The notes under the pieces are model-generated. The model saw only the letters and a program-made list of their open reading frames with translations, was not told where the DNA came from and searched no databases. DNA of 64,000 nt, from assembly GCA_963750165.1 (NCBI GenBank), contig CAVVPN010000003.1:2528001-2592000 (forward strand), read 5' to 3'. The stretch comes from an uncultured Gemmataceae bacterium. Lineage in GTDB: Bacteria; Planctomycetota; Planctomycetia; Gemmatales; Gemmataceae. A program made the translations under genes and the position numbers. This document shows positions 37,801 through 47,007 of this stretch, piece after piece; positions within the stretch are counted from its first letter, which is position 1; each line of letters starts with the position of its first letter.

Positions 37801-40800
37801 ATAGGCAGTCCCTTCAACTTCACAGTGACGGCCCTGGACGCGAACAACAACGCGGTGCCGGGGTACGGCGGCGTTGTGCATTTCACCAGCACCGACGGCG
37901 CCGCCACCCTGCCGGCCAACACCACCCTGACCGGCGGCACCGGCACCTTCAGCGCCACCCTGCAGACAATCGGCAGCCAGACGATCACGGCCACGGACAC
38001 CACGACCAGCTCGATCACCGGCACCAGCAACGCCATCACGGTCAGCGAAAGCACGGCGACGCACTTCAGTGTCAGCGTCCCAGCCACGGCCACGGCGGGC
38101 AGCCCCTTCAGCTTCACGGTGACGGCCCTGGACGCCTTCAACAACCCAGTCAGTGGCTACAGCGGCACCGTCCACTTCACCAGCACCGACATCCAGGCCA
38201 CCCTTCCGGCCAACACCACCCTGACCAATGGCACCGGCACCTTCACGGTTACGCCCAAGACCGCCGGCGCCCAAACCCTGACCGCCACCGACACCACCAC
38301 CAGCAGCATCACCGGCACCAGCAACACGGTCACGGTCAGCGCCGCGGCGGCCACCCACTTCACGGTCAGCGCCCCGGCGAGCGCCACGGCGGGCAGCGCC
38401 TTTAACTTCACGGTCACGGCGCTGGATCAGTTCAACAACACGGCGACGGGCTATACCGGCACCGTCCACTTCACCAGCACGGACGCCAACGGCACCCTGC
38501 CGGCCGACGGCACCCTGACCAACGGCGCCGCCACCTTCAGCGCCACCCTGCGCACCGCCAGTAGCCAAACCCTGACGGCCACGGACACCGTGACCAGTAG
38601 CATCACCGGCACCAGCAACACGATCACCGTCGCCGCCGCGGCGGCCACCCACTTCACGGTCAGCGCCCCGGCGAGCGCCACGGCCGGCAGCGCCTTTAGC
38701 TTCACGGTGACGGCGCTGGACCCGTTCAACAACACCGCCACCGGCTACACCGGCACGGTGCATTTCACCAGGACGGACAGCGGCAGCGGTTCGTCGGTGC
38801 CCGCGGACTACACCTTCGTGGCCGGCGACAACGGCGCCCACACCTTCACAGGTGGCGCCACCCTCGTCACCACCGGCGCCCAGACGCTCACCGCCACCGC
38901 CACCACCACCAGCAGCATCACCGGCACCAGCAACACCATCACCGTCGCCGCCGCGGCGGCCACGCACTTCAGCGTCAGCGCTCCGGCCACGGCCACGGCG
39001 GGTGGCGCCTTCCTCTTCACGGTGACGGCGCTGGATGCGTTCAACAACACCGCCACTGGCTACTCTGGCACGGCGCACTTCACGAGCAGCGACGGCCAGG
39101 CGGTCCTGCCCGCCAACAGCACCCTGAGCAACGGGACGGGCGCCTTCGTCGGCACGCTGAAGACTGCCGGCGCCCAGACGGTCGCGGCCACGGACACCGT
39201 GACCAGCACCATCACCGGCACCAGCAACACGATCACCGTCGCCGCCGCGGCCGCCACCCACTTCACGGTCAGTGCGCCGGCGAGCGCCACCGCGGGCGCG
39301 GCTTTCAGCTTCACGGTCACCGCACAGGATGCGTTCAACAACACGGTCGCTGGCTACACTGGCACGGCGCACTTCACGAGCAGCGACGGCCAGGCGATCC
39401 TGCCCGCCAACAGCACCTTAACCAGCGGCACCGGCACCTTCACCGCCACCCTCGAGACGGCAGGCAGCCAGACCCTGACCGCCACCGACACGGTGAGCAG
39501 CAGCATCACCGGCACAAGCGGCACCATCGCCGTCAGCGCCGCCGCCGCCACCCACTTCAGCGTCAGCGCCCCGGCCAGCGCCACCGCGGGCGGCGCCTTC
39601 AACTTCACGGTCACGGCCCAGGATGCGTTCAATAACACGGCCGCCGGTTACAGCGGCACCGTCCATTTCACGAGCAGCGACGGTCAGGCCGCCCTGCCCA
39701 TTAACAGCACCCTGAGCAGCGGCGTGGGCACCTTCAGCGTGACGTTGAAGACCGCCGGCAGCCAGACCCTGACCGCCACCGACACCGTCACCAGCACCAT
39801 CACTGGCACCAGTAACACGATCACCGTCGCCGCCGCGGCCGCCACGCACTTCAGCGTCAGCGCCCCGGCCAGCGCCACCGCGGGCAGCGCGTTCAGCTTC
39901 ACGGTCACGGCCCTGGACGCCTTCAACAACACCGCCAGTGGCTACACCGGTGTCGTCCACTTCAGCAGCACCGATGGCCAGGCGGCCCTGCCCGCGAACA
40001 ACACCCTGAGCAGCGGTGTGGGCACCTTCAGCGCTACGCTGAAGACCGCCGGCGCCCAGACCCTCACCGCCACCGACACCGCCACCAGCTCCATCACCGG
40101 CACGAGTGGGTCCGTCAGTGTCAGTGCGGCGACACTGAACCACTTCCTGGTCAGCGCCCCGGCGAACGCAACGACGGGCACGGCAATCACCTTCACCGTC
40201 ACTGCCGTGGATGCGTTCAACAACTTCGCCGCAGGCTACAGCGGCACGGTCCACTTCACCAGCAGCGACGCCACCGCCGTTCTGCCGGCCGATAGTCCCC
40301 TGACCAACGGCGTCGGCACCTTCAGCGCCACCCTGAACACCAGCGGCAGCCAGACCCTCGCCGCCACCGACACCGTCACCTCCTCCCTCACCGGCACCAG
40401 CGCCGCCATCGCCGTGCGCGGCCTGGTGGTGACCGCCTTCACGCCGACGCTCACCGGCTTCACCGTCGCTTTCAGCAAGCCGTTCGTCAACAGCAGTGCC
40501 AGCCCGCTCAACCTCTACGACGCCGGCTCCGCCGGCTACGGCGCCGCCGATGTCACCCTGGTCGGCTCCGGCGGCATTGGTACGGTCAAGGGTTCGCTGC
40601 TCATCGACCCCAGCAACCAGAGCTTCACCTTCCTCAAGACCGACCTGGTCACCGGCGGCGGCACCTCCGGCCTGCTGGCGGCCGGCACCTACACCGTCAC
40701 CCTGGTCAGCGGCGCCACCGCCTTCAAGGACGCCACCGGCGCCCCCCTGGACGGCAACAACGACGGCGTCAACGGCGACAGCTACGTCACCACCTTCACC

Positions 40801-42318
40801 GTGGCGGCTAGCACGGCGGTCGCCGTCACCGTGCCCGACTTCGCCCGCGGCCCCGACGCCACCGACCCGATCAACGTGCCCAACAACAGCACCAACGGAA
40901 TCCCCATCGCCCTGAGTAACGGCGCCGGCGTCACCGACGGCACCTTCGTGCTCAACTACAACGCCAACCTGCTGACCATCACCGGCGGCACCGTCAACAC
41001 CGCGCTGACCGGGGCCACCTTCACCGTCAGCACTTCCGGCAGCGGCACCAACGCTCAGGCGACCATCACCTTCCACACTCCGACGGCGCTGGCGTCCGGG
41101 GTGGTACGGCTCGGCGGGCTGGCGGCCACGGTGCCCGCGAACGCCCCCTACAAGGCGAAGGAGTTGCTCCACTTTGGCAGCCTGTCGCTCAACGGCGGGG
41201 CGATCACAGCGGTCGGCGACGACGGGGTGCATGTGGTGGCCTTCCTGGGCGACACCTCGGGGGACGGCACCTACACCAGCGCCGACAGCGTGTTGATCTC
41301 GAACGTGGCGGCGGCCAAGGACAGCGGTTTCGCCGCCTACCCAATCCTCGACCCGGCCATCGTCGGCGACATCACCGGCGACGGCCGCATCACCTCGGCG
41401 GACGCCACGGCGCTGAACCTGTACCTGAACGGGACCGCGTCCACCCTGGTGCCGCCATATCCCGGCGTGCCGGCCAACATCCCGGCTGGCCCTGATCCGG
41501 CGTTGAGCATCCCCACCGACCTGCGGGCGGGGCCGGGCGGGACGGTGACGGTGCCGGTGAACATCGACGACCCGCACCCCAGGGGCAGCACAGGCATGAC
41601 GCAGGCGCTGCTGGCGTTGACCTACGACCCGGCCGTGTTCGCCGTGTCGGCGGCCGACATCCGGCTGGGCAGCGTGCCGGCCGCGGGCACGGGCTGGACG
41701 CTCCAAACCCGGGTGGACGCGGCCACGGGCCAGATTGCCATCATCCTGTTCAGCGTCACGCCGATCACCAGTTCGGCCGGCGGCAGCCTGGTGACCATCG
41801 ACTTCCACGTCAAGCCCGGAGCGGCGCCCGGAGTCAGCCCGATCAACCTGGCGGCCGAGGTCAACCCCAACGGTCAGGGAGCAGTCCGCACGGCGGTCGA
41901 TGACAACCAGGGGCCGTACACGCTGACCCCGGCGCCGACCGACGCCCCCACCGACCCGGGCGTGGACGGACTGGTGCAGCTGATCGCCGCCGACCCGGTA
42001 TCGGCGACCCTGGACAAGGGGGCGACGGGCGCCGACGGAACCCAGGCGGGAGCTTTCGTGTTCTCCGGTTATGGGGTCGCCGTCCCGGCGGTCAACCCGG
42101 TGCTGGTGGTGACGACACCCACGGCGGGCAATGGTCTGCCCTGGGTCGGGGGCGCTGCTCAGAAGCTGGCGGATCGGGTGTTCCTCGACCTGGCTGGCGG
42201 GACGGACGGCACGAACGGCCCGGCGCACGCGGTTCGGACGCCGCACGAGTGGGATGCCCTGCTCTGGGACGGGGCGGGTGAAACCGACTGGGCGGCCGAC
42301 CTCGGCCACACCGGTTGA
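4822..42318 (+). CDS. Giant extracellular adhesin-like protein, ~12,498 aa after correcting two indels (LEPR-XLL, PATR beta-strand repeats, 3 PA14, 16 Ig-like repeats, cohesin/dockerin)
   Basis: ORFs 4822..11967, 11673..38405 and 37825..42318 join in mid-repeat: one base missing near 11943 (GGAF|ADFAGNFVISNPVNL) and one extra near 37784 (THFAVSA|PSGATIGSPFNFTVTALD). N-terminal LRLEQLEDRTLLS; dozens of LxKxGxGTLxLxxANTYTGxTxVxxGTL repeats. Confidence 0.85.
5520..6030 (+). other. PA14 domain 1 of the giant protein
   Basis: FGVRWTGMLNVTTPGPTTFTSTSDDAMKVYVDG...GLHDIRVDYTQGTGG; boundaries approximate. Confidence 0.8.
13191..14315 (+). repeat. Intragenic duplication, copy 1 (pairs with 17775-18899)
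   Basis: Near-identical DNA from ACCGCGGCCAACACCTACACGGGCGCCACCAGTGTCAGC; offset 4584 nt, in frame. Confidence 0.85.
17775..18899 (+). repeat. Intragenic duplication, copy 2 (pairs with 13191-14315)
   Basis: The first ~800 nt are almost identical, including synonymous positions. Confidence 0.85.
21945..22420 (+). other. PA14 domain 2 of the giant protein
   Basis: VAGQWLGYLNIVTGGSYTFTNLSDDASTLFIDG...GLHLFRVIYYNAAGG; boundaries approximate. Confidence 0.8.
22910..23480 (+). repeat. Second intragenic duplication (pairs with ~28000-28570)
   Basis: Shared TLDNxGTNxxDRxNDAAxVALNGGTLNFLGNAAALSTETLGALTLTGGAS...INALKVSGNATLTIN with high nucleotide identity. Confidence 0.75.
26720..27190 (+). other. 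PA14 domain 3 of the giant protein
   Basis: ALIETGYLNIVTPGNYIFQFIGDDGAVVYLDG...GLHALQIRVNNN; boundaries approximate. Confidence 0.75.
35661..40415 (+). repeat. 16 tandem ~98-105 aa Ig-like repeats
   Basis: Consensus ATHFxVSAPASATAGxAFxFTVTALDAFNNTATGYxGTVHFTSxDxxAxLPANxTLTNGTGTFSATLKTAGSQTLTATDT; units 1, 5 and 11 are a longer VPADYTFVxGD variant. Confidence 0.85.
40815..41920 (+). other. Cohesin-like / dockerin-like / cohesin-like C-terminal module
   Basis: Duplicated Ca-binding loops GDTSGDGTYTSAD and GDITGDGRITSAD, flanked by GIPIALSNGAGVTDGTFVLNYNANLLTI and GGTVTVPVNIDD...LALTYDPAVF...GSLVTIDFHV. Confidence 0.65.
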
Positions 42319-42331
42319 TACAATCAACTAC

Positions 42332-42577
42332 ATGAACGATTTTCGCGACATGGCCTGGGACCCAGAGCACCGCCGCAGCTTTGAAAAGTTGCTGTACCTG
42401 GCCGCCCAGCGCGGCGACGTTGACCTCGTGGCCGAACGACTCTCGTGGGGCATCGACCCCAACTGCGTCTTTTCCAGGGGCCGCACTCCGCTGATCGCCA
42501 ACGTGCGCGGCTCGAGCCCCAGCGCGGCGACGGTTCGCGCCTTGCTGGAACGCGGCGCCATCGTCGATGTTCTTTGA
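42332..42577 (+). pseudogene. Truncated ankyrin-repeat protein
   Basis: LLYLAAQRGDVDLVAERLSWGIDPN...GRTPLI...TVRALLERGA, ending abruptly against a convergent MazF remnant. Confidence 0.65.
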
Positions 42578-42718
42578 TTTCGCCACTTTCGATGTCAGCG
42601 GAACGGTCATCACCAGCCCGGCCAGCCCGGCATTAAAGGAGTCGTCGCTCACCACCAGCACGGGCCGTTGCCCGGACTGCTCATGCCCGCGTCCGGTTCC
42701 CAGATCGGCCAGCCAGAT
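42566..42718 (-). pseudogene. PemK/MazF toxin remnant (N-terminal half)
   Basis: Minus strand reads IWLADLGTGRGHEQSGQRPVLVVSDDSFNAGLAGLVMTVPLTSK, the MazF N-terminal motif; in-frame TAA directly upstream and C-terminal half absent. Confidence 0.8.
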
Positions 42719-42902
42719 TTACCAACTTTTAGGATCGTCAACGTCCTGTTATCCCCATTGTCATGCTTGCCGCGCCCAACCATCCGACCCATCCTGGCGC
42801 GGTTCGCAGTGGTGTGGACCACGAACGGCAGGCCAGTGCTCCCGAGCCGTCCTGCAAACTGCGCGAGCCGCTCCCAGGCTCGAATCTCGACGTGTGAAAA
42901 AG

Positions 42903-42932
42903 TTGGCCCCCTTGGCCCCCTTGGCCCCCTTG
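42903..42932. repeat. Tandem 9-mer (TTGGCCCCC) x3.3
   Basis: TTGGCCCCC TTGGCCCCC TTGGCCCCC TTG read directly. Confidence 0.8.
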
Positions 42933-43111
42933 CTGTGGCAGTGCAGGCCGCTGGTGGTCAGCCCGTGCCCGCCGCCCACTCGTGTGCAAACCGTGCGTGA
43001 ACCGCTCTAGCCGGCCGGCTCGTGGGCGTTCGTGGTCGAAATGGTGGGCAAAGGTGGGGATTTGTGGGCAGCCCGATTTCGGGACCACCGCCGGAGAAAA
43101 TCGATGCATCG

Positions 43112-43139
43112 TTGCACCGCCGCTCCGTTGGGGTACAAT
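43112..43139 (+). promoter_or_regulatory. Candidate sigma70 promoter of the DUF1592 operon
   Basis: TTGCAC-16 nt-TACAAT, about 90 nt upstream of ATG 43232. Confidence 0.5.
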
Positions 43140-43231
43140 CGCACTATTCCGGTCGCGACCGAACCTCAGCAAGCCCTCCGGGAACGGTCGGACCAAAGCA
43201 ACCCCGCAAGACCCACCCCCACAGGGATTCG

Positions 43232-46200
43232 ATGTCCAGCAAATTCGGCATCCGCATTGGCCTCCCGGTGCTTGCGCTCTGCCTCGCCAGCGTGGGCGTC
43301 TGGTACGCCCTGCCGTTCCTGACAGGATGGGCTCCCGAAGACTCCCCGACCAGTCCCGCCACGGAGCACAAACCGACCCCCCTCAAGAGTGCCGATCCGG
43401 CCGCGCAAACCGAGCGGCTCGAACGCCGGTTTGCGACCGAGGTGCGGCCGTTCCTGCGCGCTATTGTTATGCCTGTCACGGCGCGAAGAAGCCGAAAGCC
43501 GCCCTTGATCTTGGCCAGGACGCGACCGTGGCGGCGGTCGTGAAAAACGCGAAGCAATGGGAACTGGTGCTCGAACGACTCCAGGCACAGGAGATGCCGC
43601 CCGCGGACGCGGCCCTGCAGCCGGGGGCCGGCGAACGGGCCGCGGTCATCGCCTGGATCCGCGACCTGCTCCACGATGAGGCGCAGCGCCACGCCGGCGA
43701 CCCGGGAACGGTCCTGGCCCGGCGCCTGAGTAACGCCGAGTTCGACTACACCATCCGCGACCTCACCGGCATCGATATTCGGCCGACGCGGGAGTTCCCG
43801 GTCGATCCCGCCAACCAGGCCGGGTTCGACAACTCGGGCGAATCGCTCGCCATGTCGCCGGCGCTGGTGAAGAAGTACCTGGCGGCGACACGGTTGGTCG
43901 CCGAGCACGTCATCCTGAAACCGGATGGCTTTGTCTTCGCGCCGCATCCGGTGGTGACCGACACCGACCGCGACAAGTATTGCGTGCAGCGCATCATCGC
44001 GTTCTACCAGCGTCACCAGGTCGATTACGCCGATTATTTCCTGGCCGCGCACTCCTATCGGCAGCGCGCATTGCTGGGCCGGGGCGACGCGGACCTGGGC
44101 CGCTTTGCGGCCGACCGCGGCCTGAGTGCGAAGTACCTGGCGCTGATCTGGTCGGCGCTGAACGAACCCGAGGCGAATGCGGGGCCGCTCGCGGCCGTCC
44201 GCAAACTGTGGCAGGAACTGCCGGCGCCGAGCCCATCCATCGACGCCGCTCGCCCCGGCTGCGAGCGGCTGCGCGACCTGGTGGTGCGCCTGCGCAAGGA
44301 ACTCAAGCCTGACGTGAAGAAGTTGAGCGCCAAGGGCATCTCCGCCGGCAGCCAGGCGTTTGTCCTGTGGCGGAATCGCCAGCTGGCCGGCAAGCACCGG
44401 AGTTATTCCGGGGAGGTGCTGGCCGATCTCAACAAGCTCTCCGGCCAGCTCAGGAACACGGACGCCGGGCTGAGAGACTTCTTTCCCGGGACGACCACCG
44501 CTGCGGAGAAAGACAGGCTGCGTGGGGCGCTGGAGCGATTTTGTTCGGTGTTTCCCTTGACCTTTGTCGTCACCGACCGCGGGCCGTACTTCGACCCAAA
44601 GGCAGCCGGTAAGGGGCGGCCGCTCACCGCGGGCTTCCACCTCATGCAGGGGTATTTCCGTGACGACACCCCCCTGTGCGAATTGATTCTCGACCCGCAG
44701 CAGCGGCGCGACCTCGACGCGCTTTGGGAGGAACTGAATGTCATCACCCTGGCGCCGCTGCGGCAGTACCGAGACTACATCTTCTTTGAACGCGCCGAAC
44801 CGCCGCGTTTCATGTTCGAGGCGGAGTTCGACTTCGCGCGCTCCGAGGACAGGGATTGCACTTCCCAGGCGAAGATGGATCGGCTGGCCAAATTGTACCT
44901 GGCCAAGGCGAAAAAGAACGGGGCCACGGGCGCTGCGGTCGAGGCCATCGAAACCTACTTCGCCACCATCTCCGCCGAGGTTCGCCAGGTCGAGCGCGCC
45001 CGGGTGGCCGCCGAGCCGAGCCACCTGCAAGCACTCCTGCAATTCGCCGAGCGAGCCTATCGGCGGCCTCTGACCAGGGAGGTGCGAGAGGACCTGCTGG
45101 CGTACTACCGTCAGCTGCGCGCGCAGGACGATCCGGGGCACGAGGAGGCGCTGCGGGATGTGCTGGTCAGCGTCCTGATGTCGCCGCATTTCTGTTACCG
45201 TTTCGACCTGCCGAAGCCCGGCACGGCGGCGCAGCCGCTGTCGGATTACGCGCTGGCCAGCCGCTTGAGTTATTTCCTGTGGTCGAGCCTGCCCGACGCG
45301 GAGCTGCTGACGCTCGCCCGTACGGGGGAGTTGCATCAACCCCCGGTGCTGACAGCCCAGGTGCGGCGGCTGCTGCGCGACCCGCGTGTGCGCGGCCTGG
45401 CGACCGAGTTTGGCGGCAACTGGCTCGACTTCCGTCGTTTTGAAGAGCACAACAGCGTTGATCGCCAGCGATTCCCGGGTTTCACCAATGAACTGCGGCT
45501 GGCCATGTTCGAGGAGCCGATCCGCTATTTCGTGGATGTCGCGCAGCGGAACCGCTCCGTGCTGGATCTGCTGTACGGCAAGGACACCTTCGTGAATCGC
45601 CCGCTGGCCGAGCATTATGGCATTCCTCACACCGCGAAGCAGCGCGACGCATGGGCCCACGTCGCGGACGCGCAGCGCTACGGCCGGGGTGGGTTGTTGC
45701 CGATGGCGGTCTTTCTCACCAAAAACGCGCCGGGGCTGCGCACCAGTCCCGTCAAGCGCGGCTACTGGGTCGTCCGCCGGCTGCTCGGCGAGGAGATTCC
45801 ACCACCGCCGCCGACCGTTCCTGAGTTGCCGAAAGACGAGGCGAACCTGGGAGAGTTGACGCTGCCGCAAATGCTCGCGCGGCACCGCGAGGACAAAAAT
45901 TGCGCCGCCTGCCACCGCCGGTTCGATTCGGTTGGCCTGGTCTTTGAAGCGTTCGGCCCGGTCGGCGAACGCCGCAGCCGCGACCTGGGCGGCCGTCCCG
46001 TGAACACCACCGCGACCTTCCCCGACGGCAAGGACCGGAGTGGGCTCCCGGGACTGCGCGTATTTGCGCGAGAAACGGCAGGACGATTTTGTCGATAACC
46101 TGTGCCGGAAGCTGTTTTCGTATGCGCTGGGCCGCGGCCTGGTGCCGTCGGACCGGCCGGCGCTCGACGAGATGCGGCGGCGGTTGGCGGCCGATGAATA

Positions 46201-46285
46201 TGCGTTCGGCAGCCTGGTCGAAGCGATTGTCACGAGCCCGCAGTTTTTGAACCAGAGGGGGCGCGACGACCCGCGCGACCAGTAG
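43232..46285 (+). CDS. DUF1592/DUF1588-family planctomycete cytochrome c-like protein (two apparent frameshifts)
   Basis: Hydrophobic N-terminus from ATG 43232; shift near 43456 into RYCYACHG; RRLSNAEFDYTIRDL, ALASRLSYFLWSSLPD, TSPVKRGYWV, CAACH; shift near 46058 into YLREKRQDDFVDNLCRKLFSYALGR. Confidence 0.85.
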
Positions 46286-46360
46286 AATGAAAGTCAGGCG
46301 TCTTCAGTGCTGTTGAAGGGAGAACTGCTTTTTTACGGAGCGGCTAAACAGGAGGCAACC

Positions 46361-46627
46361 ATGATCGAACTCACCGAAGAACAGCGGCAGCGCCTCGGCA
46401 GCGGCAAGGCGGTCGATGTCACCGACTCCCAGACGGCCGAGACCTACGTCGTCCTGCGAAAGGACGTATACGAGCGGGTCCGGCACCTGCTTTATGACGA
46501 CTCCGAGTGGACAGACGACGAACTGCGAATCCAGTTGGCCCGCTCCGCCAGGGAAAATGGTTGGGAGGAACCTGGCATGGAAGCCTACGACCGTTATGAC
46601 GAGGAACTCCGGAAGCGATGCCCGTAA
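46361..46627 (+). CDS. Putative antitoxin (88 aa) of the PemK/MazF module
   Basis: GGAGG SD; acidic small protein whose 3' end overlaps the toxin ATG at 46618. Confidence 0.7.
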   Translation: MIELTEEQRQRLGSGKAVDVTDSQTAETYVVLRKDVYERVRHLLYDDSEWTDDELRIQLARSARENGWEEPGMEAYDRYDEELRKRCP

Positions 46628-46975
46628 ACCGAGGCGACGTGATCCTGACTTATGTGCCGAACGTCGGCAGTCCGGGCGAAAAGGTTCGTCCCCGCGCTCG
46701 TCGTGCAGTCGGATCACAACAATGCGCGGTTGAACGAGACGATCATTGCCGCCATCACCAGCAACACGGCGCGCGTACATGAGGCGACGCAACTCCTCCT
46801 CGAAGTGGCCACACCGGACGGGGCAGCAACTGGCCTGTTGCACGACTCGGCGGTGCGTTGCGAGCGGTTGCATGCAATTCCGCAGGCGGACGTGCGGCGA
46901 GTGATCGGCAAGTTTTCCGATGCCCTCATGCTGAAGATCGATGATTGTCTCAAGGCGGCGCTGGGGATTCCGTGA
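46618..46975 (+). CDS. Type II toxin, PemK/MazF family (one extra C near 46690-46693)
   Basis: MPVNRGDVILTYVPNVGSPGEKVRP|ALVVQSDHNN...IIAAITSN...GLLHDSAVRCERL...IDDCLKAALGI; removing one C of CCCC gives 118 aa. Confidence 0.88.
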
Positions 46976-47007
46976 ACTGCGCCCGTAATCGACCAGGGGA
47001 TGAAGTC

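Noticed and set aside
35661..40415. Regular ~295-nt repeats as a CRISPR array
   Set aside because: They are in-frame coding Ig-like units with synonymous variation; no repeat-spacer structure and no cas genes.
6478..42327. Long minus-strand ORFs (1254, 1389, 1226, 969 aa and others) opposite the giant gene
   Set aside because: Shadow frames produced by GC-rich codon bias of the sense gene; no recognisable domains.
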